From NCBI GenBank assembly GCA_026984935.1, contig JALSRD010000035.1:32000-95999 (forward strand): DNA of 64,000 bases, given 5' to 3'. A program made the translations under genes and the position numbers. The notes below the pieces were generated by a model that ran no database searches, was not told the DNA's origin, and saw only the letters and a program-made list of their open reading frames with translations. Position 1 is the stretch's first letter; the number at the start of each line of letters is the position of its first letter. This document shows positions 9,536-18,556 of the stretch, one piece after another. The DNA is from Desulfobacterales bacterium (lineage in GTDB: Bacteria > Desulfobacterota > Desulfobacteria > Desulfobacterales > JALSRD01).

Positions 9536-9549
9536 AAGGCGTAAAGATC

Positions 9550-11517
9550 ATGCCGGAAACCGAGACCACAAGCTTCAAACCGGGAACCGTGCTCAACGAC
9601 AAATGGGTCGTCCTGGAATTTATCGCCAAAGGCGGCATGGGGGAAATATACCGGGCGCATCAGCTCAACCTGAATCGCGACGTGGTCATCAAGGTGGTTT
9701 CATCGGAATGGCTGGCGTCCTGCGAAGACGACGAGGAGGAGCTGACCAACGGATTGCAGCGTTTCCGCAATGAAGTCCAGGCCATGGCCCAGATCCGACA
9801 CCCCAACATCGTCCAGGTCTACGATTACGGGTCGCTGGCCGCCGATAAGAGCCGCCGCAACATTCCCTTAGAGTACATCGCCATGGAGTATATCCCCGGC
9901 AGCACCCTGCGGGCCACCATGAGCGAAGAGGGTTTTTACCCGGAAGAGGACGAAGCCCGGCGGTGGCTGCAGCGCTACTTTCTGCCTTTGCTCGACGGCG
10001 TCGAGGCCATGCACCGGGCCGGCATGATCCACCGGGATCTCAAACCGGAAAACGTCCTCATGGACGGCCAAACCCCTAAAATCGTCGATTTCGGGCTGGC
10101 TCGCTCCTGCAGACTGAAATCCGTCACGCAGTCCATCGATGTCAAGGGAACCCCTCCCTATATGTCTCCGGAGCAGTTCTTCGATTTCGGCAGGGTGGAT
10201 CAGCGGGCGGACATCTATTCCCTTGGCAAAATCCTCTATGAATCCATCGACGGGAAAATGACCAACAAGGTCAAGCCGTTTAACAGCATCCACCTGTCCA
10301 ATCCATCTACGCCCTTTTTCAAGGCACTCGACGACATCATCCGCAAAGCCACGGCGGAAGACATCGAAAAGCGCTTTGAAACGGTGGCGCCGCTGAGGCA
10401 ATCGCTGCGCCATGCCATCGGGCAGGCCGAGCCAAACCGCTCCGCAGACCCGACCCCGGTAGACCCGGGGGCGCACCCTCCGCAGCCGGACCGCAACGCC
10501 CGCCTGAAATCGACAATCCGGATGGGTCTGGCCGCAGCCGCCGTCCTGGGTGTCTTGTTTTTTTTCTGGGTTAGGGGCCATGTTCCGGCACAACGCCCGG
10601 CCGAAACCGTCGTCGGACCGCAGGGCCCAATCGCCGACCGGCAGCCCGCGCTTCCCTCACGCGCGACAAAAAGCCCCGCAGGCACCACCGGCTCCCTGCC
10701 CGCATCGATCCGCGCCGAAGACGGCATGCTGCTGCATATCGTCCGCGGCGGCCCCCTGACCTTTCCGCGCGGATGGGTGTCCGCCGGCAAAAAAACAACG
10801 GTACATTCCTTTTTCATGGACGAGACGCCGGTGACCAACCACCAGTATGTGGAATTTTTAAATCAATTGCTTTTGTATATCCAGGTGAAGGGTGCGGTGG
10901 TAAGAAGCGGAAACCGCATCCTGCTGCTGCTCGGTGAAGTCATGGAGGGATACGAGCCGATCCTGTTCAAAAACGGAAAGTTTCGCTTAAACAGCCCCAA
11001 ATACGCCGCCAGTCCGGTACTGCGGGTGACGGCCTACGGGGCATCGGCTTTTGCCCGCTTCTACGGACGGCGCCTGCCCACGGCAACCGAATGGCTGTAC
11101 GCCATCCAAAAAGGCTCGCCCGCTCCGGCTGCCGGCCCTCAAACCCCGCAGGAACAGCCAAAGTCCGCCACCGGCATGGCACGGATGATGGCCAACCAGG
11201 CGGACGGCAAGGCGATTTCGCCATCGCCCCTCGCCAAAGCGGAACTACCGAAAAAAAACATGTCGGTTTTGATGCTGAAGGCCAACGCCCTGGGTATCCG
11301 CGGACTGAACAGCGGGCTGGGCGAATGGGGGCTGCGCATCATACGGGAGGGAACCGAAGGGGGGAAGGAGCGCCTGGAATACGTCGTCCTGGGTGCTTTC
11401 GACAACAGCCCCCGGTCACCGGTAAAGGGCCCGGCGCTGGTCACGCGCCACCCTTGGGAAGCCTTTGAAGAGGTCGGATTCCGCACCGTGATCGGCGTCG
11501 GCAGCGGGAACGGATGA
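9550..11517 (+). CDS. Ser/Thr protein kinase with TM segment and C-terminal FGE-sulfatase (SUMF1)-like domain
   Basis: Hanks kinase motifs are present: GKGGMGEIYRA, VVIKV, HRDLKPENVLM, DFGLA, GTPPYMSPE. TM helix LAAAAVLGVLFFFWV. The C-terminal region has FFMDETPVTNHQYVEFL…RLPTATEWLYA…GEWG…EEVGFRTV, typical of the formylglycine-generating-enzyme fold. Confidence 0.9.
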   Translation: MPETETTSFKPGTVLNDKWVVLEFIAKGGMGEIYRAHQLNLNRDVVIKVVSSEWLASCEDDEEELTNGLQRFRNEVQAMAQIRHPNIVQVYDYGSLAADKSRRNIPLEYIAMEYIPGSTLRATMSEEGFYPEEDEARRWLQRYFLPLLDGVEAMHRAGMIHRDLKPENVLMDGQTPKIVDFGLARSCRLKSVTQSIDVKGTPPYMSPEQFFDFGRVDQRADIYSLGKILYESIDGKMTNKVKPFNSIHLSNPSTPFFKALDDIIRKATAEDIEKRFETVAPLRQSLRHAIGQAEPNRSADPTPVDPGAHPPQPDRNARLKSTIRMGLAAAAVLGVLFFFWVRGHVPAQRPAETVVGPQGPIADRQPALPSRATKSPAGTTGSLPASIRAEDGMLLHIVRGGPLTFPRGWVSAGKKTTVHSFFMDETPVTNHQYVEFLNQLLLYIQVKGAVVRSGNRILLLLGEVMEGYEPILFKNGKFRLNSPKYAASPVLRVTAYGASAFARFYGRRLPTATEWLYAIQKGSPAPAAGPQTPQEQPKSATGMARMMANQADGKAISPSPLAKAELPKKNMSVLMLKANALGIRGLNSGLGEWGLRIIREGTEGGKERLEYVVLGAFDNSPRSPVKGPALVTRHPWEAFEEVGFRTVIGVGSGNG

Positions 11518-11595
11518 AGACAGGCCGCCGATACCCTCGATCGCGACACGGCTGCCGTACGGCACCCTACGATGATGGCCACACATTGGCGGCGC

Positions 11596-11622
11596 TTGAC
11601 ATTTATCGGCCGGGCATAATAT
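11596..11622 (+). promoter_or_regulatory. possible sigma-70-type promoter for the glycan cluster
   Basis: TTGACA (11596-11601), a 15-nt spacer, then TAATAT (11617-11622), about 100 nt upstream of ATG 11721. The spacer is shorter than optimal. Confidence 0.3.
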
Positions 11623-11720
11623 CCTTTGTAAAAAAGAGCATTTTCGAAAGGACATGGAAATCCTTCGCCGGCAGCTTCAAGACTGCCCATACAGGCGGGA
11701 TTCCCAACGAAAAAATCAAA

Positions 11721-12680
11721 ATGGCACGTTCCGACGTCCACCCCGTACACCGCTTCGAGCCCTGGCAGGTTTTCCCGGGATCCTACCGCAACCCGCCCCC
11801 GGACGGAAACTTTCCCGCCGCGCCGCGGCAGGCGCCGGCCATTTCGCCGGACACCCCGATCGCCTCCATGGGGTCCTGCTTTGCGCGCGAAATCCGTAAA
11901 ATCCTGCTGGCAAAGGGCTACGCCTACATCACCGAAGAAACCCATCACCCGGCCGCGGTGCACGCCAGCGCCGCCTGGGAGCGCGTCTACAACACCTTCT
12001 GCCTGCGCCAGATCTTCGAGTACACCTTTGGAACCTGGCGGCCGGCGCTGCGCTGGTGGCACACACCGCAAAGCGGCCGCATCCAGGACCCTTACCGCCG
12101 CATCATCCTCTACGACGACCTGCAGGCGGCCGAAGCCGATTTCACCCGCCACAGAATCTGCTCGCGGCGCGCCCTGGAGCGCGCCGAGGTGCTGATTCTG
12201 ACGCTGGGCCTGACCGAAATCTGGCAGGACCGCGAAGACGGCGCCGTGATCTGCCTGCCGTCGGGCCCCTACGTCAGCGAGGGCGGCGACATGACGCGCT
12301 ACCGCTTCCGGGTCAGCCGATACAATGAAAACCTGGACAATCTGGAACGTATCCACGCCATCCTGGCGCGCCACAACCCGGCCTGCCGCCTGCTGATCAC
12401 GGTTTCCCCGGTGCACCTGTGGGCCACCTTCCGCCGCGATGCCGATGTGATCAGCGCGTCGTGCAACTCCAAGTCCACGCTGCGGGCGGCCGCCGATGAA
12501 TTCTGCACGCGCCACGACAACGCGCATTACTTTCCGGCCTTTGAAATGGCCACCATCTACCAGCCGCTGACCGGCCGCAGCTGGTTTTCCGAAGGCAAGG
12601 AAAATTTTCACGTCAATTCAGACTGTGTCGATTTCATCATGCGCCATTTTTTCCGCTTCTACAGCCCGCCGGCCTGCTGA
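11721..12680 (+). CDS. GSCFA-domain protein (putative SGNH-like esterase/acyl-hydrolase)
   Basis: It contains the eponymous motif …TPIASMGSCFAREIRKIL… near the N-terminus, and later LTLGLTEIW and VSPVHL blocks. The family is uncharacterised. Confidence 0.8.
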   Translation: MARSDVHPVHRFEPWQVFPGSYRNPPPDGNFPAAPRQAPAISPDTPIASMGSCFAREIRKILLAKGYAYITEETHHPAAVHASAAWERVYNTFCLRQIFEYTFGTWRPALRWWHTPQSGRIQDPYRRIILYDDLQAAEADFTRHRICSRRALERAEVLILTLGLTEIWQDREDGAVICLPSGPYVSEGGDMTRYRFRVSRYNENLDNLERIHAILARHNPACRLLITVSPVHLWATFRRDADVISASCNSKSTLRAAADEFCTRHDNAHYFPAFEMATIYQPLTGRSWFSEGKENFHVNSDCVDFIMRHFFRFYSPPAC

Positions 12681-12713
12681 CCGCCCGGGAGTGCACATCT
12701 TCACCTTGACAAA

Positions 12714-13358
12714 ATGCCGGCAACTACATTACTCATACCGCAACGAAAACCCTTACGCCACGGAGATACACCCGAACTTATGTGCTTTGCGTGCGCCACC
12801 ATGTCGCGGCAGGCGCTGGATGCCGCGCTCTCGAAAGCCGTACGCCATCCGCATTCAGACATCGGCAAGGGCAAACTGTACATTTCACCGGAGGCCTATG
12901 CCACGCCGGACCGTGAAACGAACCTGGTCATCAGTCCCTACTGCATCCTGGACTGTACCGGATCGATATCCATCGGACCGTGGTGCAATATCGGGCCGCG
13001 CACGCGCATCTACACGCACGACCACATTCATGCCGGCCGCATTCCCTTGAGCCGGGTGCAGGAGACCTACGGCATCCTGTTCCAGGACAAACGCATCGGC
13101 GCCGACGTCTGGATCCACGACGGGTCACTGGTGCTCTACCAGGTGACGGACATCCCCGACGGCTTCATTCTGGGCGGCGGGTCGGTGCTGACACGCAATC
13201 CCGGTCCCTATGAAATCTGGGCCGGCAATCCCGCCCGCAAAATTGCAACGCGCCGCGATATCAGCCGCCGGGAATACCTCCAACAGGTCTGCGGCGAGCG
13301 TTTTTGGCTCGACGAAGAAGGCCCGGACCCCCGACCCATCGCCGGGGGCAACCCATAA
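12714..13358 (+). CDS. hexapeptide-repeat (LbH) acyl/acetyltransferase
   Basis: Left-handed beta-helix repeats: ISPYCILDCTGSISIGPWCNIGPRTRIY… IGADVWIHDGSLVL… ILGGGSVLTRNPGPYEIWAGNPARKI. The start is uncertain (ATG 12714, 12780 or 12801). Confidence 0.8.
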   Translation: MPATTLLIPQRKPLRHGDTPELMCFACATMSRQALDAALSKAVRHPHSDIGKGKLYISPEAYATPDRETNLVISPYCILDCTGSISIGPWCNIGPRTRIYTHDHIHAGRIPLSRVQETYGILFQDKRIGADVWIHDGSLVLYQVTDIPDGFILGGGSVLTRNPGPYEIWAGNPARKIATRRDISRREYLQQVCGERFWLDEEGPDPRPIAGGNP

Positions 13359-13361
13359 GCC

Positions 13362-14555
13362 ATGGCCCGCCAGGCAACCTACAACATTCTGATGTACTCC
13401 CACGACACCTACGGGCTGGGCCATATCCGCCGCACCATGGCCATTGCCGCCAGTCTCAGGGGGCCGGACGTCAATATTCTGATTCTCACCGGATCGCCCA
13501 TCGCCGGCCGCTTCGCCTTCCCGGAACAGGTCGATTTCGTGCGCATCCCGGGCATGATCAAGAAAACCAACGACGAGTATCTGCCCCTGTCCATCAAGAT
13601 CAACCCCAAACACGCTTTGGACATCCGCAAGAATATCATCACGGCCACTGCCAAGGCCTTTCGGCCGGACCTGTTCATCGTGGACAAGGAGCCGCTGGGA
13701 TTGAAAAAGGAGATTCTGCCGACACTCCAGTGGCTCAAACGCTGCATGCCCAAAAGCCGCACGATCCTGGGCCTGCGTGACGTCATGGACGACGCCGCGG
13801 TCGTGCGCCGCGACTGGCACGAAAAGGGGATCTACCGCACGCTGGACGAACTGTACTCGGAAATCTGGATATACGGTCTTAAGTCCCTGTACGACCCCAT
13901 CCGGGAATACGCCATCCCCGACTGTATCAGCTCCAAGATCCACTTTACCGGCTACATCCCGCGCAAAACCCCGTCAAGAGAAACGCGGCGCAAGACGCGG
14001 CGTGAGCACATGGTCAACGGGAAAGGCAAACTGGTGGTCGTCACCACCGGCGGCGGCGGCGACGGGTACGCCGTCATGGACACCTACCTGGCCATGCTGG
14101 AGCGCACGCCTCTGGCGGTGAACAGCATCCTGGTCACCGGCCCCTTCATGCCCAAGGCGCAGCGCCGCAACCTGTTCCGCCGCGCCCGCCGGCTGAAGAT
14201 CCGCACCTATCACTTCTACCGCCAGATGGAAAAGCTGCTGGCCGCCGCCGACCTGGTCATCAGCATGGGCGGCTACAACACGCTGTGCGAAATCCTCAGC
14301 CAGAAGACCGTTTCGCTGGTCATCCCCCGCGAAGCCCCGCGACGCGAACAGCTCATCCGGGCCCAGGCCATGGCGGGCTGCAACCTGGTGGACTACATTC
14401 CCTGGAGTGAACTCACGCCCGCGCACCTGCAGCAAAAAGTCGATTCCCTGCTCAACGCCCCCCGCCGTTACCTCGCAGCCGTATCGAATTTCCGCCTCAC
14501 CGGACTGGACGTCATGTGCCGCCGGCTGGCGGCTTTCAAAGGCAGGGTATGCTGA
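13362..14555 (+). CDS. glycosyltransferase, GT-B fold (GT28/MGT-like 'predicted glycosyltransferase' type)
   Basis: N-terminus YNILMYSHDTYGLGHIRRTMAIAASL; C-terminal nucleotide-sugar half VVTTGGGGDGY… ISMGGYNTLCEIL. It is a paralogue of the gene at 16446-17615. Confidence 0.8.
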   Translation: MARQATYNILMYSHDTYGLGHIRRTMAIAASLRGPDVNILILTGSPIAGRFAFPEQVDFVRIPGMIKKTNDEYLPLSIKINPKHALDIRKNIITATAKAFRPDLFIVDKEPLGLKKEILPTLQWLKRCMPKSRTILGLRDVMDDAAVVRRDWHEKGIYRTLDELYSEIWIYGLKSLYDPIREYAIPDCISSKIHFTGYIPRKTPSRETRRKTRREHMVNGKGKLVVVTTGGGGDGYAVMDTYLAMLERTPLAVNSILVTGPFMPKAQRRNLFRRARRLKIRTYHFYRQMEKLLAAADLVISMGGYNTLCEILSQKTVSLVIPREAPRREQLIRAQAMAGCNLVDYIPWSELTPAHLQQKVDSLLNAPRRYLAAVSNFRLTGLDVMCRRLAAFKGRVC

Positions 14556-15826
14556 AATCCGGCCGGCGCCCGGTTCTGGGCATGATTCTGAAAGGTTATC
14601 CGCGCATTTCGGAAACCTTCATCTCCAATGAAATCCTGCTGCTGGAGCAGCTGGGGTTTCGCGTGCACATTTTTTCCATGCGCCGGCCGCGGGAAACCTT
14701 CAGCCATGCGAACGTCCGGCGGATCGAAGCCGCGGTCGACTACCTGCCCGAACGCATGCTGCCCAAATTGCCACAGCTGGTCAGAGAAAACCTGCTGCTG
14801 GCCGCACAAGCGCCGTTTCGCTACAGACAGGCGCTGAAAATGGCCTGCACACGCTTTTTGCGCACACGCCGCTCCGCTACCTTAAAGCACCTGCTGCAGG
14901 CCGGTTTTCTGGTGCGCCGCCTGCTGCCCGGCAGCGGCGTTGCGCATCTGCACGCGCATTTCGCCCACTCGCCGACTTCGGTGGCACTGTTTGCCGGCCT
15001 TCTGGGTGGCCTGCCGTTCAGTTTCACGGCCCACGCCAAGGATATCTACACCTCGCACCCGCAGCAACTGGCCGAAAAAATCGCCCGCGCGCGTTTCGTG
15101 GTGACCTGTACACGATACAACCGGCGGTACCTGCAGCGCCTGGCGTCCACCTGCCGCACACCCATCGACTGCGTCTACCACGGCATCGATGTGCGCCGTT
15201 TTTCCGCCGGCACCAGCCCGGTTGCAGGTGCAGCGCGACCCCACAGCCCCTACCGCCTGCTGACCGTGGCGCGCCTGACACCCAAAAAAGGCCTGCCCAC
15301 CGTCTTTAAGACCCTGGCTTGGCTGCGCGCACGCAGCGTGCCTTTCGAGCACGTGCTCATCGGTGACGGCGAAGCACGGGCGGAAACCCTGGGGCATCTC
15401 CGCAGCCTGCAACTGGAATCGGCCGTACGCTGGCTGGGTACCCAGCCCCATGACGTGGTGCTGAAACACTACCGCCGCGCCGACCTCTTCCTGCTGGGAT
15501 GCGAGGTCGCGGCCAACGGTGACCGCGACGGGATTCCCAACGTGCTGTTGGAGAGCATGGCCATGGGTGTGCCGGTGGTCGCCACGCGCGTATCGGCGAT
15601 TCCCGAACTGGTCCAAGACCAAGCCGGCGGCCTGTTGGTCGCACCCCGCAATCCTGCTGAAATGGGCAGCGCCGCGCTGCGCCTGCTCACCGACCACGGC
15701 CTGCGGCAGCGCGTCATCGCCCGCGGACGCCAAAGGGTGCGGCAGCATTTCGACAACCGTTTGCTGATCCGGAACCTGGCGCAGCGCTTCCGGACCGCGC
15801 TGGCGGAAACATGCAGCGTACCATGA
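14549..15826 (+). CDS. glycosyltransferase family 4 (GT-B, WcaL-like)
   Basis: ILKGYPRISETFISNEILLLEQLGF at the N-terminus. C-terminal EX7E-type region: GDRDGIPNVLLESMAMGVPVVATRVSAIPELV. ATG 14549 overlaps the upstream stop (ATGCTGA). ATG 14582 is an alternative start. Confidence 0.88.
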   Translation: MLKSGRRPVLGMILKGYPRISETFISNEILLLEQLGFRVHIFSMRRPRETFSHANVRRIEAAVDYLPERMLPKLPQLVRENLLLAAQAPFRYRQALKMACTRFLRTRRSATLKHLLQAGFLVRRLLPGSGVAHLHAHFAHSPTSVALFAGLLGGLPFSFTAHAKDIYTSHPQQLAEKIARARFVVTCTRYNRRYLQRLASTCRTPIDCVYHGIDVRRFSAGTSPVAGAARPHSPYRLLTVARLTPKKGLPTVFKTLAWLRARSVPFEHVLIGDGEARAETLGHLRSLQLESAVRWLGTQPHDVVLKHYRRADLFLLGCEVAANGDRDGIPNVLLESMAMGVPVVATRVSAIPELVQDQAGGLLVAPRNPAEMGSAALRLLTDHGLRQRVIARGRQRVRQHFDNRLLIRNLAQRFRTALAETCSVP

Positions 15827-16443
15827 GCCAGACAGCCGCCGCCACACAGTTCGGCCTGATCCGGCACGCACCCACCGCCTGGAACCTGGGAAAACGCATC
15901 ATGGGGCAGATGGATCAGGCCCTGGCGCCTGTCGGCGAAGACGCGGCCCGGCGCTGGGGCCGGCGGCTGGCAACTGAAAACTGGGACCGCATCCTTTCCA
16001 GCGACAGCCGCCGGGCAGTGCAGACCGCCGAGCTGGTGAACCTTTCCGTGCGTGCCGAGCTGCACACCGACACGCGGTTGCAGGAGCAGAACTGGGGCCG
16101 ATGGAGCGGCAGACGCCTGTCCGAAATCCGTGCCGGTGCGAAAGACCGGCTCGAGGCCCTCGAACAGACCGGCTGGCGCTTCCGCCCGCCGGGGGGCGAA
16201 GACCGCCGCAGTGTGCAGCGGCGCGCCTTTCGGGCACTGGCGGAGGCTGTTGAACGCTGGCCCGGTGCCCGCATCCTGGTGGTCACCCATGAAGGCGTCA
16301 TCAAGTGCCTGGTCTACCATTTGCGCGGGCGCCGCTTCGTGCCGTCAGAAGCGCCGCTGCTGCTGCCGTACCACCTGCACCGCATCACCGCCGGGGCCGG
16401 CCGGCCCTGGCGGGTTGACGTCAACGCCATAGACCTGAGGTGA
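15811..16443 (+). CDS. histidine phosphatase family protein (phosphoglycerate-mutase-like)
   Basis: FGLIRHAPTAWN (RHG-type catalytic His motif), ILSSDSRRAVQTAEL, VVTHEGVIKCLV. An alternative start, ATG 15823, would give an ATGA overlap with the GT4 stop. Confidence 0.85.
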   Translation: MQRTMSQTAAATQFGLIRHAPTAWNLGKRIMGQMDQALAPVGEDAARRWGRRLATENWDRILSSDSRRAVQTAELVNLSVRAELHTDTRLQEQNWGRWSGRRLSEIRAGAKDRLEALEQTGWRFRPPGGEDRRSVQRRAFRALAEAVERWPGARILVVTHEGVIKCLVYHLRGRRFVPSEAPLLLPYHLHRITAGAGRPWRVDVNAIDLR

Positions 16444-16445
16444 CC

Positions 16446-17615
16446 ATGAAAATTGCCGCCTACTGTCAGTACGTGCTCGGTATCGGTCATTTTTTCAGAA
16501 TCCTGGAGATCTGCCGCGCACTGGCGGACCACGACGTTCTGCTGATTACCGGCGGCCCGCCGGTGGACGCCCATCTGCCGAAGCATGTACGCCATGTTCC
16601 GCTGACCAGCCTGAAGATGGACAAACAATTCACACGGCTTCTGGCCCTGGAGCCGGGACAGGATGTGGAACAGATCAAATCCCGGCGGTGCCGGCGGCTG
16701 CTGGACATTTTCCGTACGGAAAAGCCGGACGTTCTGCTCATCGAACTGTACCCTTTCGGCCGGCGCGCCTTTTCTTTCGAAATCATTCCCCTCCTGGAAA
16801 TGCTCCACAGCCGGCCGCACGACCGCTGCAGCGTCGTCTGCAGCCTGCGCGACATCCTGGTGGAAAAAAACGACCCGCAGACCTACGAGGCGCGTGCCAT
16901 CCGCATTTTAAAGCGTTTTTTCGACGCCCTGCTGGTCCACGGCGACCCAAACGTAATCCGCCTGGACGCGACCTTTGCGCGCACCGCCGACATTCCCGTG
17001 CCGCTGGTCTACACCGGCTACGTGGCGCCGGCCGTGCCGGAAGGCGCGCGCCGACGCCTGCGCGCCGAACTGGGCCTGGCCGCAGATGAAAAGCTGGTGG
17101 TCGCCAGCGCCGGCGGCGGGCGTATCGGCGGGCAGCTGCTGTCGGCCGCCGTTGCGGCCATGAACTTTCTCGAACACCCCTCCGGCTGCCGCCTGCAGCT
17201 GTTTACCGGGCCGTTCGGCAAGGACAGCGCCATCGCAGATCTGAAACGGCGCGCCGCTAAAAACGTGCACATCGCGCGCTTTACCACCGATTTCCTCTCC
17301 TGCCTGGCCGCCGCCGACCTGTCTCTCAGCCTGGGCGGCTACAACACCTGCATGAACATACTGGCCTCCGGTGTACCGGCGCTGGTGTGGCCTTCACCGC
17401 AGGACCGTGAGCAGGGCCTGCGCGTTGAGCGACTGGCGGAACTGGGCGCCATGCAGCGGCTGACGCAGGCCGATCTCGATCCGCGGCGCCTGGCCGTCAG
17501 GATGCAGCCCCTGCTGCAGCAGGCGGAACGTACGCACATTGCCATCGACATGCAGGGTGCCGCGGCCACCGCACGCTGGCTGGCAGCGCACGCCGACGGC
17601 CGCAGGAGGCTGTAG
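16446..17615 (+). CDS. glycosyltransferase, GT-B fold (paralogue of 13362-14555)
   Basis: MKIAAYCQYVLGIGHFFRILEICRALA… VASAGGGRIGG… LSLGGYNTCMNILA. A GAGGTGA RBS precedes it, and GTG 16440 overlapping the upstream stop is also possible. Confidence 0.8.
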   Translation: MKIAAYCQYVLGIGHFFRILEICRALADHDVLLITGGPPVDAHLPKHVRHVPLTSLKMDKQFTRLLALEPGQDVEQIKSRRCRRLLDIFRTEKPDVLLIELYPFGRRAFSFEIIPLLEMLHSRPHDRCSVVCSLRDILVEKNDPQTYEARAIRILKRFFDALLVHGDPNVIRLDATFARTADIPVPLVYTGYVAPAVPEGARRRLRAELGLAADEKLVVASAGGGRIGGQLLSAAVAAMNFLEHPSGCRLQLFTGPFGKDSAIADLKRRAAKNVHIARFTTDFLSCLAAADLSLSLGGYNTCMNILASGVPALVWPSPQDREQGLRVERLAELGAMQRLTQADLDPRRLAVRMQPLLQQAERTHIAIDMQGAAATARWLAAHADGRRRL

Positions 17616-18410
17616 GTGCCCGCCGGCTGCCATGTTTTATGGCGCAAGGCGCCGCACAAGACGCTCGCGGCCCTTGTTCACGACAGCCTGGCGCATATTC
17701 CCGCCGGTACTGGGGTGCGCGTTTTCTTCCGCGCCGACGACATCGGCGTCCCCTCGCGGTCCTTCTCCCGGCTGCTCGCGATCTTCAGCAGGCAGCAGGC
17801 GCCGCTGGCACTGGCCGTGGTGCCGGCGTGGCTCACGCAGCCGCGCTGGCGCTTTCTGTTGCGCGCAAGCACCGGCAACCGGCGCCGCTGGTGCTGGCAC
17901 CAGCACGGCTGGCGGCACGTCAACCACGAAAAACGGGGCAAAAAGCAGGAGTTCGGCCCGGCGCGTACGCCGGCAATGCTGGAGGCCGATCTTCTGCGCG
18001 GCAGAAAACGCCTGCAGGCGCTGATGGGCGACCGGTTTACCCCCATTTTCACGCCACCCTGGAACCGCTGCAGCCGCGAGGCCCTGGCGCTGCTGAAGGC
18101 GCACGGCTACCTGGCCGTTTCCCGCGATGCCGGCGCGCGCGCAACCGGGCCGTTAGGACCGCCGGACATCGCCGTGAATGTGGACCTGCACACCCGTTGT
18201 GAAAGCGACGCGCAAGACGCCGCAAGGGGCCTGGCCGCGGAGCTGCGTTATGCCTTTGCCCGCGGCACCTGCGGCATCATGATCCATCACCGGCGCATGA
18301 ATGCCGCCGCCCTCGAATTTCTGGCGCTTCTGGTCGGAACCCTGGCGGCCCACCCGCGGGTGCACCTGGTGGACATGCGCGATCTTGCCGACCGCAGCCG
18401 GTCGCCGTAA
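17616..18410 (+). CDS. CE4/NodB-like polysaccharide deacetylase family protein (divergent)
   Basis: GTG start immediately follows the upstream TAG. VRVFFRADDIG resembles the (T)FDDG Asp-Asp motif. WHQHGWRHVNHE contains an HxxxH metal motif. The family assignment is tentative. Confidence 0.55.
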   Translation: MPAGCHVLWRKAPHKTLAALVHDSLAHIPAGTGVRVFFRADDIGVPSRSFSRLLAIFSRQQAPLALAVVPAWLTQPRWRFLLRASTGNRRRWCWHQHGWRHVNHEKRGKKQEFGPARTPAMLEADLLRGRKRLQALMGDRFTPIFTPPWNRCSREALALLKAHGYLAVSRDAGARATGPLGPPDIAVNVDLHTRCESDAQDAARGLAAELRYAFARGTCGIMIHHRRMNAAALEFLALLVGTLAAHPRVHLVDMRDLADRSRSP

Positions 18411-18438
18411 TTTTCGCCGACAGCCGGCAACTGTGTGG

Positions 18439-18467
18439 TTGCACTTTGCACATTTCTGCCCTATATT
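18439..18467 (+). promoter_or_regulatory. sigma-70-type promoter upstream of arnB
   Basis: TTGCAC (18439-18444), an exact 17-nt spacer, then TATATT (18462-18467). It lies in the only sizeable gap (147 bp) of the cluster, about 90 nt upstream of ATG 18557. Confidence 0.5.
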
Positions 18468-18556
18468 ACGGCACCGCCGGCCGAGCCTGAAAGGCATATT
18501 GCACGGCTCGACGGCAACCTTTTTATGAAGCCTTGCGACACCCGGCGAAACAGGTC

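Noticed and set aside
11139-12611. Long antisense ORFs opposite real genes (e.g. 11139-12611, 13125-13943, 14882-15871, 18581-19600, 19558-20676, 20613-21854, 22568-23677, 27479-29050, 31832-33433, 33524-35038, 37436-38656, 38532-40091, 42432-43490, 48306-49514, 53064-54230)
   Set aside because: They all lie opposite genes with strong family motifs. They have Arg/Gly/Ala/Pro/His-rich low-information sequences and no recognisable domains. They are the expected stop-codon-poor antisense frames of a high-GC genome.
18437-18451. Sigma-54-like TGGTTGCACTTTGCA in the arnB upstream gap
   Set aside because: The spacing between GG and GC is one nucleotide short. The same bases form a well-spaced sigma-70 -35/-10 pair (TTGCAC-17-TATATT), which is the simpler reading.
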